From the NCBI GenBank assembly GCA_045862955.1, contig BTVI01000011.1, positions 21,646 to 85,645 on the forward strand: a DNA stretch of 64,000 nt, written 5' to 3'. Source of the DNA: Fimbriimonadales bacterium (GTDB lineage Bacteria; Armatimonadota; Fimbriimonadia; Fimbriimonadales; JABRVX01). Below the pieces are notes generated by a model. It was not told the DNA's origin, made no database searches, and saw only the letters and a program-made list of their open reading frames with translations. Position 1 is the first letter of the stretch, and the number at the start of each line of letters is the position of its first letter. This document shows positions 10,909 to 20,681 of this stretch, piece by piece. Both the position numbers and the translations under genes were made by a program.

Positions 10909-12332
10909 CACCGATTCAGGATTGGACCCCCATCAGTCCCCACCTTGTGGTTACGGGGTTTGCGATACTCGTGCTTCTCGCTAGAGCGCGGCGCGGGCGT
11001 GACAGCGGTCCCGACGCCCTGAGCGCATGGCTTGCTACCATCGGCTGCCTGGCGGGTATCGCATGTCTGGCTGCCATTCCTAGCACTTCGGGATCGGGTC
11101 TCGTCTGGTCGGACGACTACGCCCGTTTCTTCAGTGCCGTCGTCCTCGCTGCTGCCTGCGCCGTGTGTCTCGCTTCAGTGGAGCGCGGCTTTTCGGGTGA
11201 GTTTCACAGCTTACTGCTGCTGTCGGCAGTAGGCATGATGTTCATGGTGTCGGCATCGAGCTTGCTGATGCTGTTCTTGGGCCTGGAGGTCGCGACCATA
11301 TGCTTGTTCGTGCTGGCAGGTTTCCGCCGCGCAGATCGCAAGTCGTGCGAGGCAGCCGTTAAGTTTCTAACCGTAGGGGCGACCGCATCTGCGCTCTTCA
11401 TCTTCGGCGCAAGTTGGTTGTACGGTGCGGCCGGCTCGACGGACTTCTCGGCCCTGCGAGCCCTTTTCTCCGGTGAGCTGCCCGCCTACGCGTGGTTGGG
11501 CTTCGTATTCGTCATAGCGGGGTTCGGATTCAAGATTTCGGCGGCACCGTTCCACCTTTGGGCTCCCGACGTCTATGAGGGCTCGCCATCGATGGTAGTC
11601 GCATTCCTGTCCACGGCTTCGAAGACTGCGGCACTGGTTGCACTGGTGCGAGTGTTATTGGTAGCCTTCGGTGTCGCGGCCTCCGGGTGGCTGCCGATCA
11701 TCTCGGTGCTCGCGGTGCTCACTATCGTCCTCGGCAACCTCGTCGCGGTGGTTCAGACCAACGTGAAGCGGTTGCTAGCTTACTCGGGTGTCGCGCAAGC
11801 AGGCTTCTTGCTGATAGCGGTGGCTGCGACGGCTGCCCCAGAGGCGCGTTCGACAGCGGGCATGGCGTTGGCACTCTACCTACTGCTGTATGTGTTCGCC
11901 AATGCCGGTGCGTTCCTCTGCGTTCATGCGGTGTCGGAGATGAGCGGAGCGCACCAGTTGAGCAGCTATGACGGTTTGAGCAGGCGGAACGCCCCGCTAG
12001 CCTTCGCGCTTCTCATCTTTCTGCTGTCTCTTGCCGGCGTCCCGCCGCTTGCAGGATTCGTAGGGAAGTGGTACCTATTCACGGCAGGAGTCCAAGGCGG
12101 TCTCTGGTGGTTAGTACTGCTGGGTGCGGTCGCCAGCACGGTGTCTCTCTACTACTACCTTATCATTGCCAAGAGGATGTACATTCACGATCCTGCGGAG
12201 GGAGCGAGTCCTCTCGACGTGCCACGCCCCTTAGCTCTTTCCATCGCGGTGTGTGTGGCCTTCACTGCTATCATCGGTCTGTACCCCGCACCGTGGATCG
12301 AGTTGGCCCAGGCGATCGGAAGGTCTCTTTAG
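10905..12332 (+). CDS. nuoN: Complex I subunit N
   Basis: FKISAAPFHLWAPDVYEG, KRLLAYS, SLAGVPPLAGF; GTG start overlaps the nuoM stop. Confidence 0.93.
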   Translation: MTPIQDWTPISPHLVVTGFAILVLLARARRGRDSGPDALSAWLATIGCLAGIACLAAIPSTSGSGLVWSDDYARFFSAVVLAAACAVCLASVERGFSGEFHSLLLLSAVGMMFMVSASSLLMLFLGLEVATICLFVLAGFRRADRKSCEAAVKFLTVGATASALFIFGASWLYGAAGSTDFSALRALFSGELPAYAWLGFVFVIAGFGFKISAAPFHLWAPDVYEGSPSMVVAFLSTASKTAALVALVRVLLVAFGVAASGWLPIISVLAVLTIVLGNLVAVVQTNVKRLLAYSGVAQAGFLLIAVAATAAPEARSTAGMALALYLLLYVFANAGAFLCVHAVSEMSGAHQLSSYDGLSRRNAPLAFALLIFLLSLAGVPPLAGFVGKWYLFTAGVQGGLWWLVLLGAVASTVSLYYYLIIAKRMYIHDPAEGASPLDVPRPLALSIAVCVAFTAIIGLYPAPWIELAQAIGRSL

Positions 12333-13645
12333 CGTTGCGGATCATCACCCTCATCGGGCAGGCGAGTCACCAGTAGCTTGTCTACGCGCGCGCCATCCAT
12401 GTCCACCACCTCGATTCGTAGGCCAGCCACCTCGAAGCTATCGCCGGAGCTAGGCGCGCCCGCCAGCTCCCTCCTCGCCAGGCCACCCAACGTCTGAAGG
12501 TCTCTCTCCCCCAGCGTCTCTCTTGCCACTCCCACTCGCTCGGCAAACTCCTCTAAGGGCATTAGGCCGTCCACCAGCCACGATCCGTCCTTGCGTTGCT
12601 GGAACCACTCCGACGGGTCGGTTACCGACGGCAGCTCGCCAACCATCGCCTGCAGGACATCGTTCAGCGTGATTAGCCCCTCGACGCTTCCGAACTCGTC
12701 CAGCACCAACGCGATACCGGCCCTGCTCCCCCGAAAGTTCTCGAGCAGTCGTAGTACTGTGATGTTCTCCGGAACATACAGTGCGTCATGCGCCATCGCA
12801 CGCAGGTCGGGCTGCTCGCCACGTACCCTGGCACCGTACAGATCCCGGACACCCACGATCCCCAGCGTCTTGTCCAAGCTGCCCTCGCAGACCGGGAAGA
12901 AGGAGTGCGGGGTGTCAGCGATCTTCTTGTCGTTAGCCTCCCACTCGGCCAGAACGTCCAGCCAAACGATGTCCGGTCGCCGGGTCATCAGTCTCGCCGC
13001 CTTCGTCTCGTCGAGACGAGCCGTTCGCTGAAGTATCTCGCTCTCGATGGGCCGAAGCGCACCCGACTCCGCACCTTCTCGCAGTACTAGATGCACATCC
13101 TCCTCGGTGACCAGGTGTGTGTCGGTAGGCCTCAGTCTCAGCACGGCAAGTACGCTACGGCTGCTCGCCGACAGCAACCAGACCAGAGGGGCAGAAAGCC
13201 AGGACAGGAAACGCATCGGTCGGGCCACCACCCTGGCAACGGCCTCCGGCGCACGGAGAGCGATCTGCTTGGGCACAAGCTCGCCAAAGATTAGCGAGAG
13301 GTACGTGATGATCACCACTACCACGCCGATGGCGACGGCATCCGCTCTCCCACGCAACCACTCGATACCTCGGATGTAGTCTGCCAGTTTGCCGGCGACG
13401 GTGGCCCCGGCGAACGCACCCGCAAGCACCCCCACCAACGTGATCCCGATCTGAACGGTGGACAGGAAGCGCTCCGGCTGCTCGGCTAACCGCAGCGCAG
13501 ACTGAGCACTCCGGTCACCGCTTTCTGCCCGCGCGCGAAGCCTGCTCTTGCGCGCAGCCACGAGCGCCAACTCCGACATGGCGAAGATGCCGTTAAGGAG
13601 GATCAGCAGACCAATAATGCTTAGCTCGGCGGCGATGGACGACAC
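12329..13645 (-). CDS. HlyC/CorC (CNNM) family transporter: DUF21 membrane domain, 2 CBS domains, CorC-HlyC domain
   Basis: FAMSELAL, FLSTVQIGIT, GELVPK, VLDEFGSVEGLIT, VDMDGARVDKL. Confidence 0.9.
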   Translation of the reverse strand: MSSIAAELSIIGLLILLNGIFAMSELALVAARKSRLRARAESGDRSAQSALRLAEQPERFLSTVQIGITLVGVLAGAFAGATVAGKLADYIRGIEWLRGRADAVAIGVVVVIITYLSLIFGELVPKQIALRAPEAVARVVARPMRFLSWLSAPLVWLLSASSRSVLAVLRLRPTDTHLVTEEDVHLVLREGAESGALRPIESEILQRTARLDETKAARLMTRRPDIVWLDVLAEWEANDKKIADTPHSFFPVCEGSLDKTLGIVGVRDLYGARVRGEQPDLRAMAHDALYVPENITVLRLLENFRGSRAGIALVLDEFGSVEGLITLNDVLQAMVGELPSVTDPSEWFQQRKDGSWLVDGLMPLEEFAERVGVARETLGERDLQTLGGLARRELAGAPSSGDSFEVAGLRIEVVDMDGARVDKLLVTRLPDEGDDPQR

Positions 13646-13702
13646 TTGCAGAAGGTATTCTGCACCAACCGGCGCTTACTTCGCCCATTGCGGAGTAGGG
13701 TG

Positions 13703-14560
13703 CTACACATATCGGTCGAAAAGGTCGTCTAGCGTGTCACCGCGAGCGAGGCCACGCTCCGCCCGCTCCGCAAGCGCCTCTTCGAATGTCGGCTTCCTCA
13801 CTTGTAGCAGGAGGCCCAAGTAGATTGGGTTGGTGGAAGCGGCCCTCTCGAATGCCTGCACTCTATCCGAAACATCGTGGTCCTCCGGAAGGGGCACGAC
13901 CTTCTCCTTGTACGCATCGAAGGTGTCCTGCTTGTTGAACGTCACGCACGGGCTGATCACGTCAATCCAAGCGAAGCCCTTGTGCTCGATAGCGGCAGCG
14001 ATCAGCTCGGCCAGGTCGTTAGGCTTGCCGGAGAACCCGCGCGCGATGAAGGTTGCCCCGTAGGTAATGGCCATCTCCAACGGATTGATCGGGTTCTCGA
14101 TGCTACCTTCCGGAGACGACTTGGTGATGAAGTGCAGGGAGCTGGTTGGCGATACTTGGCCCTTGGTCAGGCCATAAATGCTGTTGTTCATCACGATGTA
14201 GGTGATGTCTGGGTTGCGGCGACATGCGTGAGGTAGGTGCCCCGCACCGATGGAGTACGCGTCGCCATCTCCACCGACTGCCACCACGCACAGATCCGGC
14301 CTTGCCGCTTTGATGCCGGTTGCAGTGGGCAGCGTTCGCCCGTGAACGCCGTGAAGCCCATAGGATGCGATGAACAGTGGCAGCCTGCTGGAGCAGCCGA
14401 TGCCCGACACCATCACCAGCTTCGCAGGGTCGAGGTTCAGCTTCACATATGCCTTGACCACCGAGTTGACAACCCCATGATCCCCACAGCCTGGGCACCA
14501 GATCGGTTTCAGCTCGGCCCGATAGTCGCTCGTCGTTCTTGTCGCGACGGTGTCAGACAT
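13703..14560 (-). CDS. korB: 2-oxoacid (2-oxoglutarate-type):ferredoxin oxidoreductase beta subunit
   Basis: WCPGCG, SGIGCS, GGDGD...MNN TPP motif, SPCVTFN. Confidence 0.9.
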   Translation of the reverse strand: MSDTVATRTTSDYRAELKPIWCPGCGDHGVVNSVVKAYVKLNLDPAKLVMVSGIGCSSRLPLFIASYGLHGVHGRTLPTATGIKAARPDLCVVAVGGDGDAYSIGAGHLPHACRRNPDITYIVMNNSIYGLTKGQVSPTSSLHFITKSSPEGSIENPINPLEMAITYGATFIARGFSGKPNDLAELIAAAIEHKGFAWIDVISPCVTFNKQDTFDAYKEKVVPLPEDHDVSDRVQAFERAASTNPIYLGLLLQVRKPTFEEALAERAERGLARGDTLDDLFDRYV

Positions 14561-16337
14561 GTGCTTCCTCCTTCGCGTAGGCTGTCCGAATGTATTCCAG
14601 TGCGGTCGCCGGCTCGATGGGCATGCCGGTGTCTCGAGTGAACGACCTCACGGGCAGGCAGCACTGCGCCCGCACCATGTTGGCAAGCTGGCCGCTCCAA
14701 TTCATCTCGATGGCTATCAAGCGGTCCACCCTTTCCGCGAATCGCTCGATCTGAGCGACCGGAAGCGGATGTACCATCTTCGGGGCAAGCAGGGCGACTT
14801 TCATCCCTAGGTCGCGAGCGGCTTCGAGCGCCTCGCGGACGGGGGCAACGCAAGAACCCCATGCTATCACACCTAAGTCGGCGTGGCCCTCTTCGCCGAA
14901 CCTGTACACGAACTCGTCGGCGTGGTGTTCCAGGAGGTGGCTGAGCTTGCGGAATCGCTTGGCAGACATCAGTGCGGTCGCTTCCGGAGAATAGGCGGGG
15001 TCGCCGTGCTCGTTATGCTCCAGGCCGGTGGCGGTGTACTGCAGCCCTGGGGTGCCCGGTCGCGGCATGGGTGAAATGCCGTCTGGCGTGTTCTCGTATC
15101 GCTTTAGCACGTAACCGCTCTCCGACGGGCTGCCATTCGGCCCGAGCCATCCGTCTGGCACCACTTTTCGCTCCCATCGGGGGACCCGGTCGGGGTCGAA
15201 ACGGGGTACCGAGACTTTCGACGCGGACAGCGCTTGCTCGGACAGAATGATCACCGGGACCTGGTAACGCTCCGAGATATTGAACGCCTCGATGGTCGTA
15301 TAGAAACAGTCCTCGACGCTGATGGGGGCGAGCACGACGCGGGGCGACTCGTTGTGAACCCCGTAGGCCGCAAGGTTCAGGTCACCCTGCGACGTCTTGG
15401 TAGGCATGCCGGTACTAGGCCCGCCACGCTGCACATCCACGATGACTACGGGTATCTCTGCCATACCCGCTAGGTTGATTTGCTCTACCATCAGCGACAG
15501 TCCGGGGCCCGAAGTGGCGGTCATCGCCTTGTGCCCTGCGTACGAGGCGCCAATGCACATGCCCAATGCGGCGATCTCGTCTTCCGCCTGGATCATGTGG
15601 CCGCCGAAGCGGGGAAGCTCCACGGCGAGCGTCTCCATGATCTCGGACGCGGGAGTGATGGGGTAACCCGCGTACAGATGCAAACCCGAAGCGATGCCTG
15701 CGAGCGCCACAGCTTCGTTGCCAGTCACCAGCATCGCGTCCACCGGATCGCCGACGGGCAGCGGCTCGATCTCGCTGGACGATAGCTCCTTGATCTTGTC
15801 GCGTCCCGCCCGAAAAGCGCGGAGGTTCAGGTCGACTACCTCTGCACCCTTGCGCTCGAATTGAGAGCTGACGAAAGCTTCGGCAAGGTCCGTCGGCCCC
15901 CCTAACGCGGTCCAGATGGATCCGAAGCACACCACGTTCTTGGCCAGCCTGAAGCCTATCTCCTTGGTAGCGATGTGCGTGAACGGCACGGGCATCAGAC
16001 GAACATCGGACGTGTCGTCGATGTGCACGGAGTCCACGTCGTACACCAGAGTGGAACCTGGCACCATGCCGGACTTGTAGCGGTCGTACCCTTCTTGGTT
16101 GAGGGCGACCATGATGTCCGCTTGGTCGCCAGGAGTCAGAGGGGGATCGCGCCGGATGCGCAGCTTGAACAGCACCGTGCCGCCGCGGATCTCCGCGGGG
16201 AAGGTACGATAGCTGAACACCTGATAGCCGATGCGGGTGCAGGCCCGCGTGATCATCTCCCCGAGGCTAACGATGCCCTCGCCCGACTCACCCGCGATCC
16301 ACACGGACAGCTCGACCTGCCGTTCCGACTTCGCCAT
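14553..16337 (-). CDS. korA: 2-oxoacid:ferredoxin oxidoreductase alpha subunit (gamma-alpha fusion)
   Basis: AGESGEG, AEIRGG, GYPITPASE, QAEDEIAA, TATSGPG, QRGGPSTGMPTK. Confidence 0.9.
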   Translation of the reverse strand: MAKSERQVELSVWIAGESGEGIVSLGEMITRACTRIGYQVFSYRTFPAEIRGGTVLFKLRIRRDPPLTPGDQADIMVALNQEGYDRYKSGMVPGSTLVYDVDSVHIDDTSDVRLMPVPFTHIATKEIGFRLAKNVVCFGSIWTALGGPTDLAEAFVSSQFERKGAEVVDLNLRAFRAGRDKIKELSSSEIEPLPVGDPVDAMLVTGNEAVALAGIASGLHLYAGYPITPASEIMETLAVELPRFGGHMIQAEDEIAALGMCIGASYAGHKAMTATSGPGLSLMVEQINLAGMAEIPVVIVDVQRGGPSTGMPTKTSQGDLNLAAYGVHNESPRVVLAPISVEDCFYTTIEAFNISERYQVPVIILSEQALSASKVSVPRFDPDRVPRWERKVVPDGWLGPNGSPSESGYVLKRYENTPDGISPMPRPGTPGLQYTATGLEHNEHGDPAYSPEATALMSAKRFRKLSHLLEHHADEFVYRFGEEGHADLGVIAWGSCVAPVREALEAARDLGMKVALLAPKMVHPLPVAQIERFAERVDRLIAIEMNWSGQLANMVRAQCCLPVRSFTRDTGMPIEPATALEYIRTAYAKEEAHV

Positions 16338-16505
16338 GACTGCTAACCCTCAAATGAACTCATCATGCAGCGTGGAATCCCTGATCCCAATCGTTACCAT
16401 TATGCTACGGCGAGCAGTCCTTCGCTACTCGAAATACCGATTCCTGCGCGATAGGAGCAGGTTGCTGCGAGATCCGGGGCCCGGATGCATGATACCCTAT
16501 GGGGA

Positions 16506-16565
16506 TTGAGCGATATTTCACAAAGGCCCCAATGCCCGGCGACGCCCTTGCGTGATAATGCACAA
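16506..16565. promoter_or_regulatory. Two Rex-like (or CRP-family) operators between divergent korA and malic enzyme 1
   Basis: TTGAGCGATATTTCACAA (16506-16523) and TTGCGTGATAATGCACAA (16548-16565), 42 bp apart. Confidence 0.6.
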
Positions 16566-16587
16566 TGCTGGAGGAGCGTGTTGTCCG

Positions 16588-17985
16588 ATGCCTGCTTGTT
16601 CACCATCCTTCAGCCTCACCGTTCGATTGCGTATTCCGAATGCACCCGGGATGTTTGCCCGTGTCGCCGACGCCATCGGTGGTGCGGGGGCGGCACTGGG
16701 CTCCATCGACCTACTATCCGCCAATCACACCCACAAGGTGCGGGAGGTAGACGTCCTGGCAAGGAGCGAGGAACACCAGCAGGAGGTCCTGGACGCCATC
16801 GCACGAGTCGAGGGTGTGGAAGTGCTCGAGGTGCACGACCGAACCACCCGAGTGCACGTCGGCGGCAAGCTGGAAGAGCATCCCCGGTATGCCTGCAAGA
16901 CCTACGACGACCTTTCCATGCTCTACACGCCCGGCGTCGCTCGAGTGTGCAAGATGATTAAGGACAGCCCAGCACTGGCGCGGCGATATACCATTCGCGG
17001 CAACACCGTGGCCGTCGTAACTGACGGAAGCGCGGTGCTGGGCCTGGGTAATATCGGCCCGATCGCGGCTCTGCCCGTCATGGAAGGCAAGGCCGTCCTG
17101 TTCAAGCAGTTCGCGAACGTGGACGCATTCCCGATCTGTTTGGATACGCAGGACGTCAACGAGATCGTCGAGACGGTCGAGCGCATCGCCCCGGTCTTCG
17201 GAGGCATCAACCTGGAGGACATCTCCGGGCCACGCTGCTTCGACGTGGAGGAGCGCCTGGCCGAGCGATTGGACATCCCGGTGTTTCACGATGACCAGCA
17301 CGGAACCGCGATCGTCGTCGTTGCAGCCCTCATCAACTCGCTGAAGTTGCTTCGTAGGAGGGCAGAGGACCTTCGCGTGGTGGTCGCAGGTGCTGGTGCT
17401 GCCGGGACGGCCGTGAGCGCGCTGCTCCTCGAAGCGGGCGTTCGCGACCTAACCGTCGTGGATGTGACCGGTATCCTACACCCGGACGACATGCAGGGCG
17501 CGCACCCGAAGCGCAGGTGGCTTGCGCAGGTTACGAACCCGCGAAGAATTCGCGGAAGCCTGGAGGATGCGGTTCGGGGTGCCGACATGTTTGTCGGTGT
17601 CGCAGCCCCGAACATTCTGTCGCTCGATGCCCTGCGGAGCATGGCCCCCGACCCGATCGTCTTCGCGATGGCCAACCCAGACCCCGAGATCCTGCCAGAG
17701 CTTGCTCAACAGTACGCCGCGATTGTCGCGACGGGCCGGTCGGATTATCCGAATCAGATCAACAATGTCTTGTGCTTTCCGGGTCTTTTCCGGGGCCTGC
17801 TCGATTGCGGGGCGAGGCGCGTGACGATGGGAATGAAGCTAGCTGCCGCACGTGCGATCGCCTCTACGGTCTCTGACGAGCAGCTCTCGGAGGATTTCAT
17901 CGTGCCCAGCGTCTTCAACCCAGCAGTGGCCGAGGCCGTGGCCCGGGCGGTGGCGGCAAACTGTGACTCCTGCAGGGGTTCGTAA
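16588..17985 (+). CDS. NAD(P)-dependent malic enzyme with N-terminal ACT domain (copy 1)
   Basis: [66 protein letters not shown] upstream. Confidence 0.92.
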   Translation: MPACSPSFSLTVRLRIPNAPGMFARVADAIGGAGAALGSIDLLSANHTHKVREVDVLARSEEHQQEVLDAIARVEGVEVLEVHDRTTRVHVGGKLEEHPRYACKTYDDLSMLYTPGVARVCKMIKDSPALARRYTIRGNTVAVVTDGSAVLGLGNIGPIAALPVMEGKAVLFKQFANVDAFPICLDTQDVNEIVETVERIAPVFGGINLEDISGPRCFDVEERLAERLDIPVFHDDQHGTAIVVVAALINSLKLLRRRAEDLRVVVAGAGAAGTAVSALLLEAGVRDLTVVDVTGILHPDDMQGAHPKRRWLAQVTNPRRIRGSLEDAVRGADMFVGVAAPNILSLDALRSMAPDPIVFAMANPDPEILPELAQQYAAIVATGRSDYPNQINNVLCFPGLFRGLLDCGARRVTMGMKLAAARAIASTVSDEQLSEDFIVPSVFNPAVAEAVARAVAANCDSCRGS

Positions 17986-18014
17986 GCCACGCAGCCGCAA
18001 CAGTTCGCAGGAAC

Positions 18015-18043
18015 TTGACACGCGGGCATTTCGCCTATATCAT
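18015..18043 (+). promoter_or_regulatory. sigma70-type promoter, probably giving a leaderless mRNA
   Basis: TTGACA-N17-TATCAT with the ATG (18050) 6 nt after the -10 box and no SD. Confidence 0.7.
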
Positions 18044-18049
18044 GTTGGA

Positions 18050-20506
18050 ATGCGGTTCGTGCTTCGAGTGGCACTCGTGCTTGTGGCTACGTGTGCGGCT
18101 GCTAGCGCCTTGGCCGACAACCCCTGTCCGTTCTTCCAGGGCGAAACCGCTCAGGTATCGGCTGGGCCCGAGGGCTTCGTCCTGGAGAACGACATCTACC
18201 GCCGAGTGATCTCGACCGAGATGCGGACGGTGTCGCTGCAATACCAGGGCACTGAGCTACTGGCCTCCTCGACAGGTGAAGGTGAGATCGTCCTCGGAAA
18301 CGGGGAACTGGTGGAGGCTGCAGGTAGCACGGTTTTGGGCTACGACGTCTCAGAGGCACGCGATTCGCTCGTGCTTCGGATCCACTTGCAGCGCGAGGGG
18401 CTGCTGTTCACGGTGTGCTACCGAGTCTTTCGGGGCAATCGCCCGTGGTTGGCGAAGTGGTTCGAGTTCGCAGAGCCGACCGAAGTGTACAAGGTCCAGC
18501 TGGACGACCTGCGCTTCCGGCCGGAGTTCGATCGCCAGTTCCTCGGGGAATGGGGCGACAATGGGATCGTGGCTGGGGGCTCGGGGTATGCGTTCGGGAT
18601 CCAAGTCAACGAGGGCATGCCGTTGGCGAGTTGCACCCGCTATTCGTTGGGCATCCGGTCGAGTCTGAAGGTGCAGGCGCAGGTGACGGAGACCGAGCCG
18701 TCTGTACTGGCGATCTGCCGAGGTAGCCGGTTCACTGCAGCCTTCGCTCTCCAGCTCTATTGGGGCGCCTACCTGTCGCATGCAAGCATGTTCAACAGGC
18801 CCATCGTTTTCAACACCTGGTATGGCTACAAGTGGTGGCTGACCGAAGCGGACTGCCTGCGGGCGATTGACAGGGTGGCAGATCTCGGTTGTGACATCTT
18901 CGTGGTAGACGACGGGTGGCAGAAGAAGTATGGTGACTGGGTGGCCACTCGCGACCGCTTCCCACGTGGCCTCGAGGCTCTGGGGGCCGAGTGCCGATCG
19001 AAGGGGATCGAATTCGGATTCTGGATGGCACCGGCACTCACCGCCCAGGATGCCGAGAGCTACCAGCGGAGCAACGTAGTGCTTCATCCGAACCAGACCC
19101 CCTACGCTCCAGGGAATGGTACGTATCACGTGAACTGCTTCGCCAGCCCGTGGAAGGAGCATATCACGGCACGGATCCTGGACGAGATCCGCGCTTCCGG
19201 TGCGACATTCATGAAGCTCGATTTCATCCTGTTCGTGGAGGGATGCTACGCACCGAACCACGGTCATACACCCGGTGAAGCCACTGCGGCACAGACTGCG
19301 GCGTGGAAGGACTTCCTAGCAGCTGTTCGTGCCGAGGTCCCGAACTTTCACATCTATAGAACCGGGACCCGCGCCGAGAGGACGTCTTACAACGACTTCG
19401 GTTGGTACTCCGACTGGCTGCTGGCTTCCTTGTACGATCCGCGTCGCTACGAAAGTAGGTGGTGGTATCGGAGCGCCGACTCCACCCGATACGCCGCGTA
19501 CAGCTCGGGCATGCTGACGCCGAACTGGTGCCGCACCGGCACGTCACCACTCTCGATACCGTTCTGTGCCGACTCGCTCGATGCACTGGAGTACAACCTA
19601 ACGTCGGTGTGCGCTCTGTTCTGCAACTTCGAGCTCTCGAACATGGTAGAGTATATGACCGCCGAAGAGGAGTCGCTGGTGCGCAAGTGGATGGCATGGT
19701 TCCGGGCTAACACCGACTACCTCGCATATGCACAGTTCGATAACGCGACGGCAAGGCCCTATGACCCTTGGAACGAGGGACTATATGGGCTCGAGTGGGT
19801 GGATGGGGTGTACCATCTGAGACCCAAGCTGCGTGGGCGCTACGGCTACCTATGCTTTTGGAACCCCAGCGAGAGTGCCAAGGTTGTCACCGTGAACATC
19901 CTCCCCAGCGACTACTTCCTACCAGGGGACATCGCTACCGCTTGGTTCCACGCGATGCAAGGCGGCTGGGAGGCCCCGAATGGCTCGGATCGTATCCAGT
20001 GCCAGTTCGAGATGCCACCGCTAAGCTGGGAGATCATCAGCCTGTTCGACCCGAACGATCCCGAGTATCGTGACTTCGTGACCCTAAGGGGACGAGTGGA
20101 CTTCGGCTATCGATCGGAACTAGCACCTCCCGTGCCGAGCGTTACACTGCGGATCACCTCCACAGCCGGAGAAGAGTATCACGAAGCCCGGCTGAGTGAG
20201 ACTGGCGAATTCGAGGTATTCGTCGAGTTACCGCGCGGTGAGTGCGTCGTGTCTGTCAAACCGTCTCACTACCTGCGCAACGCCGTGCGCCTCTACAACG
20301 ACGGGAGGGGAATCGCCGAGGCGGTCTTCATGCTAGTGAATGGGGATGCAAACGGCGACAACGCAGTGGATGTTCAGGATCTCAGCTCGGTACTGCTGAA
20401 CTTCGGGCGCTCCCATGCGATGGCCGATCTGGATGAAGATGGTCTGGTAGGACTACCCGACCTGGCCATCGTCCTAGTATCCTTTGCGAAGATCGGCGAT
20501 CCATAG
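18050..20506 (+). CDS. Secreted GH36-like (clan D) alpha-galactosidase with a C-terminal dockerin/EF-hand-like repeat
   Basis: Signal peptide MRFVLRVALVLVATCAAASALA; FNTW, FVVDDGWQ, FGFWMAP, FMKLDF; GDANGDNAVDVQDL...ADLDEDGLVGLPDL. Confidence 0.75.
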   Translation: MRFVLRVALVLVATCAAASALADNPCPFFQGETAQVSAGPEGFVLENDIYRRVISTEMRTVSLQYQGTELLASSTGEGEIVLGNGELVEAAGSTVLGYDVSEARDSLVLRIHLQREGLLFTVCYRVFRGNRPWLAKWFEFAEPTEVYKVQLDDLRFRPEFDRQFLGEWGDNGIVAGGSGYAFGIQVNEGMPLASCTRYSLGIRSSLKVQAQVTETEPSVLAICRGSRFTAAFALQLYWGAYLSHASMFNRPIVFNTWYGYKWWLTEADCLRAIDRVADLGCDIFVVDDGWQKKYGDWVATRDRFPRGLEALGAECRSKGIEFGFWMAPALTAQDAESYQRSNVVLHPNQTPYAPGNGTYHVNCFASPWKEHITARILDEIRASGATFMKLDFILFVEGCYAPNHGHTPGEATAAQTAAWKDFLAAVRAEVPNFHIYRTGTRAERTSYNDFGWYSDWLLASLYDPRRYESRWWYRSADSTRYAAYSSGMLTPNWCRTGTSPLSIPFCADSLDALEYNLTSVCALFCNFELSNMVEYMTAEEESLVRKWMAWFRANTDYLAYAQFDNATARPYDPWNEGLYGLEWVDGVYHLRPKLRGRYGYLCFWNPSESAKVVTVNILPSDYFLPGDIATAWFHAMQGGWEAPNGSDRIQCQFEMPPLSWEIISLFDPNDPEYRDFVTLRGRVDFGYRSELAPPVPSVTLRITSTAGEEYHEARLSETGEFEVFVELPRGECVVSVKPSHYLRNAVRLYNDGRGIAEAVFMLVNGDANGDNAVDVQDLSSVLLNFGRSHAMADLDEDGLVGLPDLAIVLVSFAKIGDP

Positions 20507-20681
20507 CCAGTGCGGCCAGCGTGCCCCACCTGCAGATTGGCCCGCGGGAGGATTGTATATTCAGTGATTCTCAATGGCACAATAGATGAGTACAGGCAGG
20601 CGCGGTCGAGCTCACTCTGCTAGCCGGACGCTGCTGCATCACCCGACGGGTTCAGACCATTCTAGGACGAAGTGGAAACTG

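Noticed and set aside
1..17985. Reverse TCA carbon fixation
   Set aside because: No citrate-cleaving enzyme or fumarate reductase is in the window; POR and KOR alone are not diagnostic.
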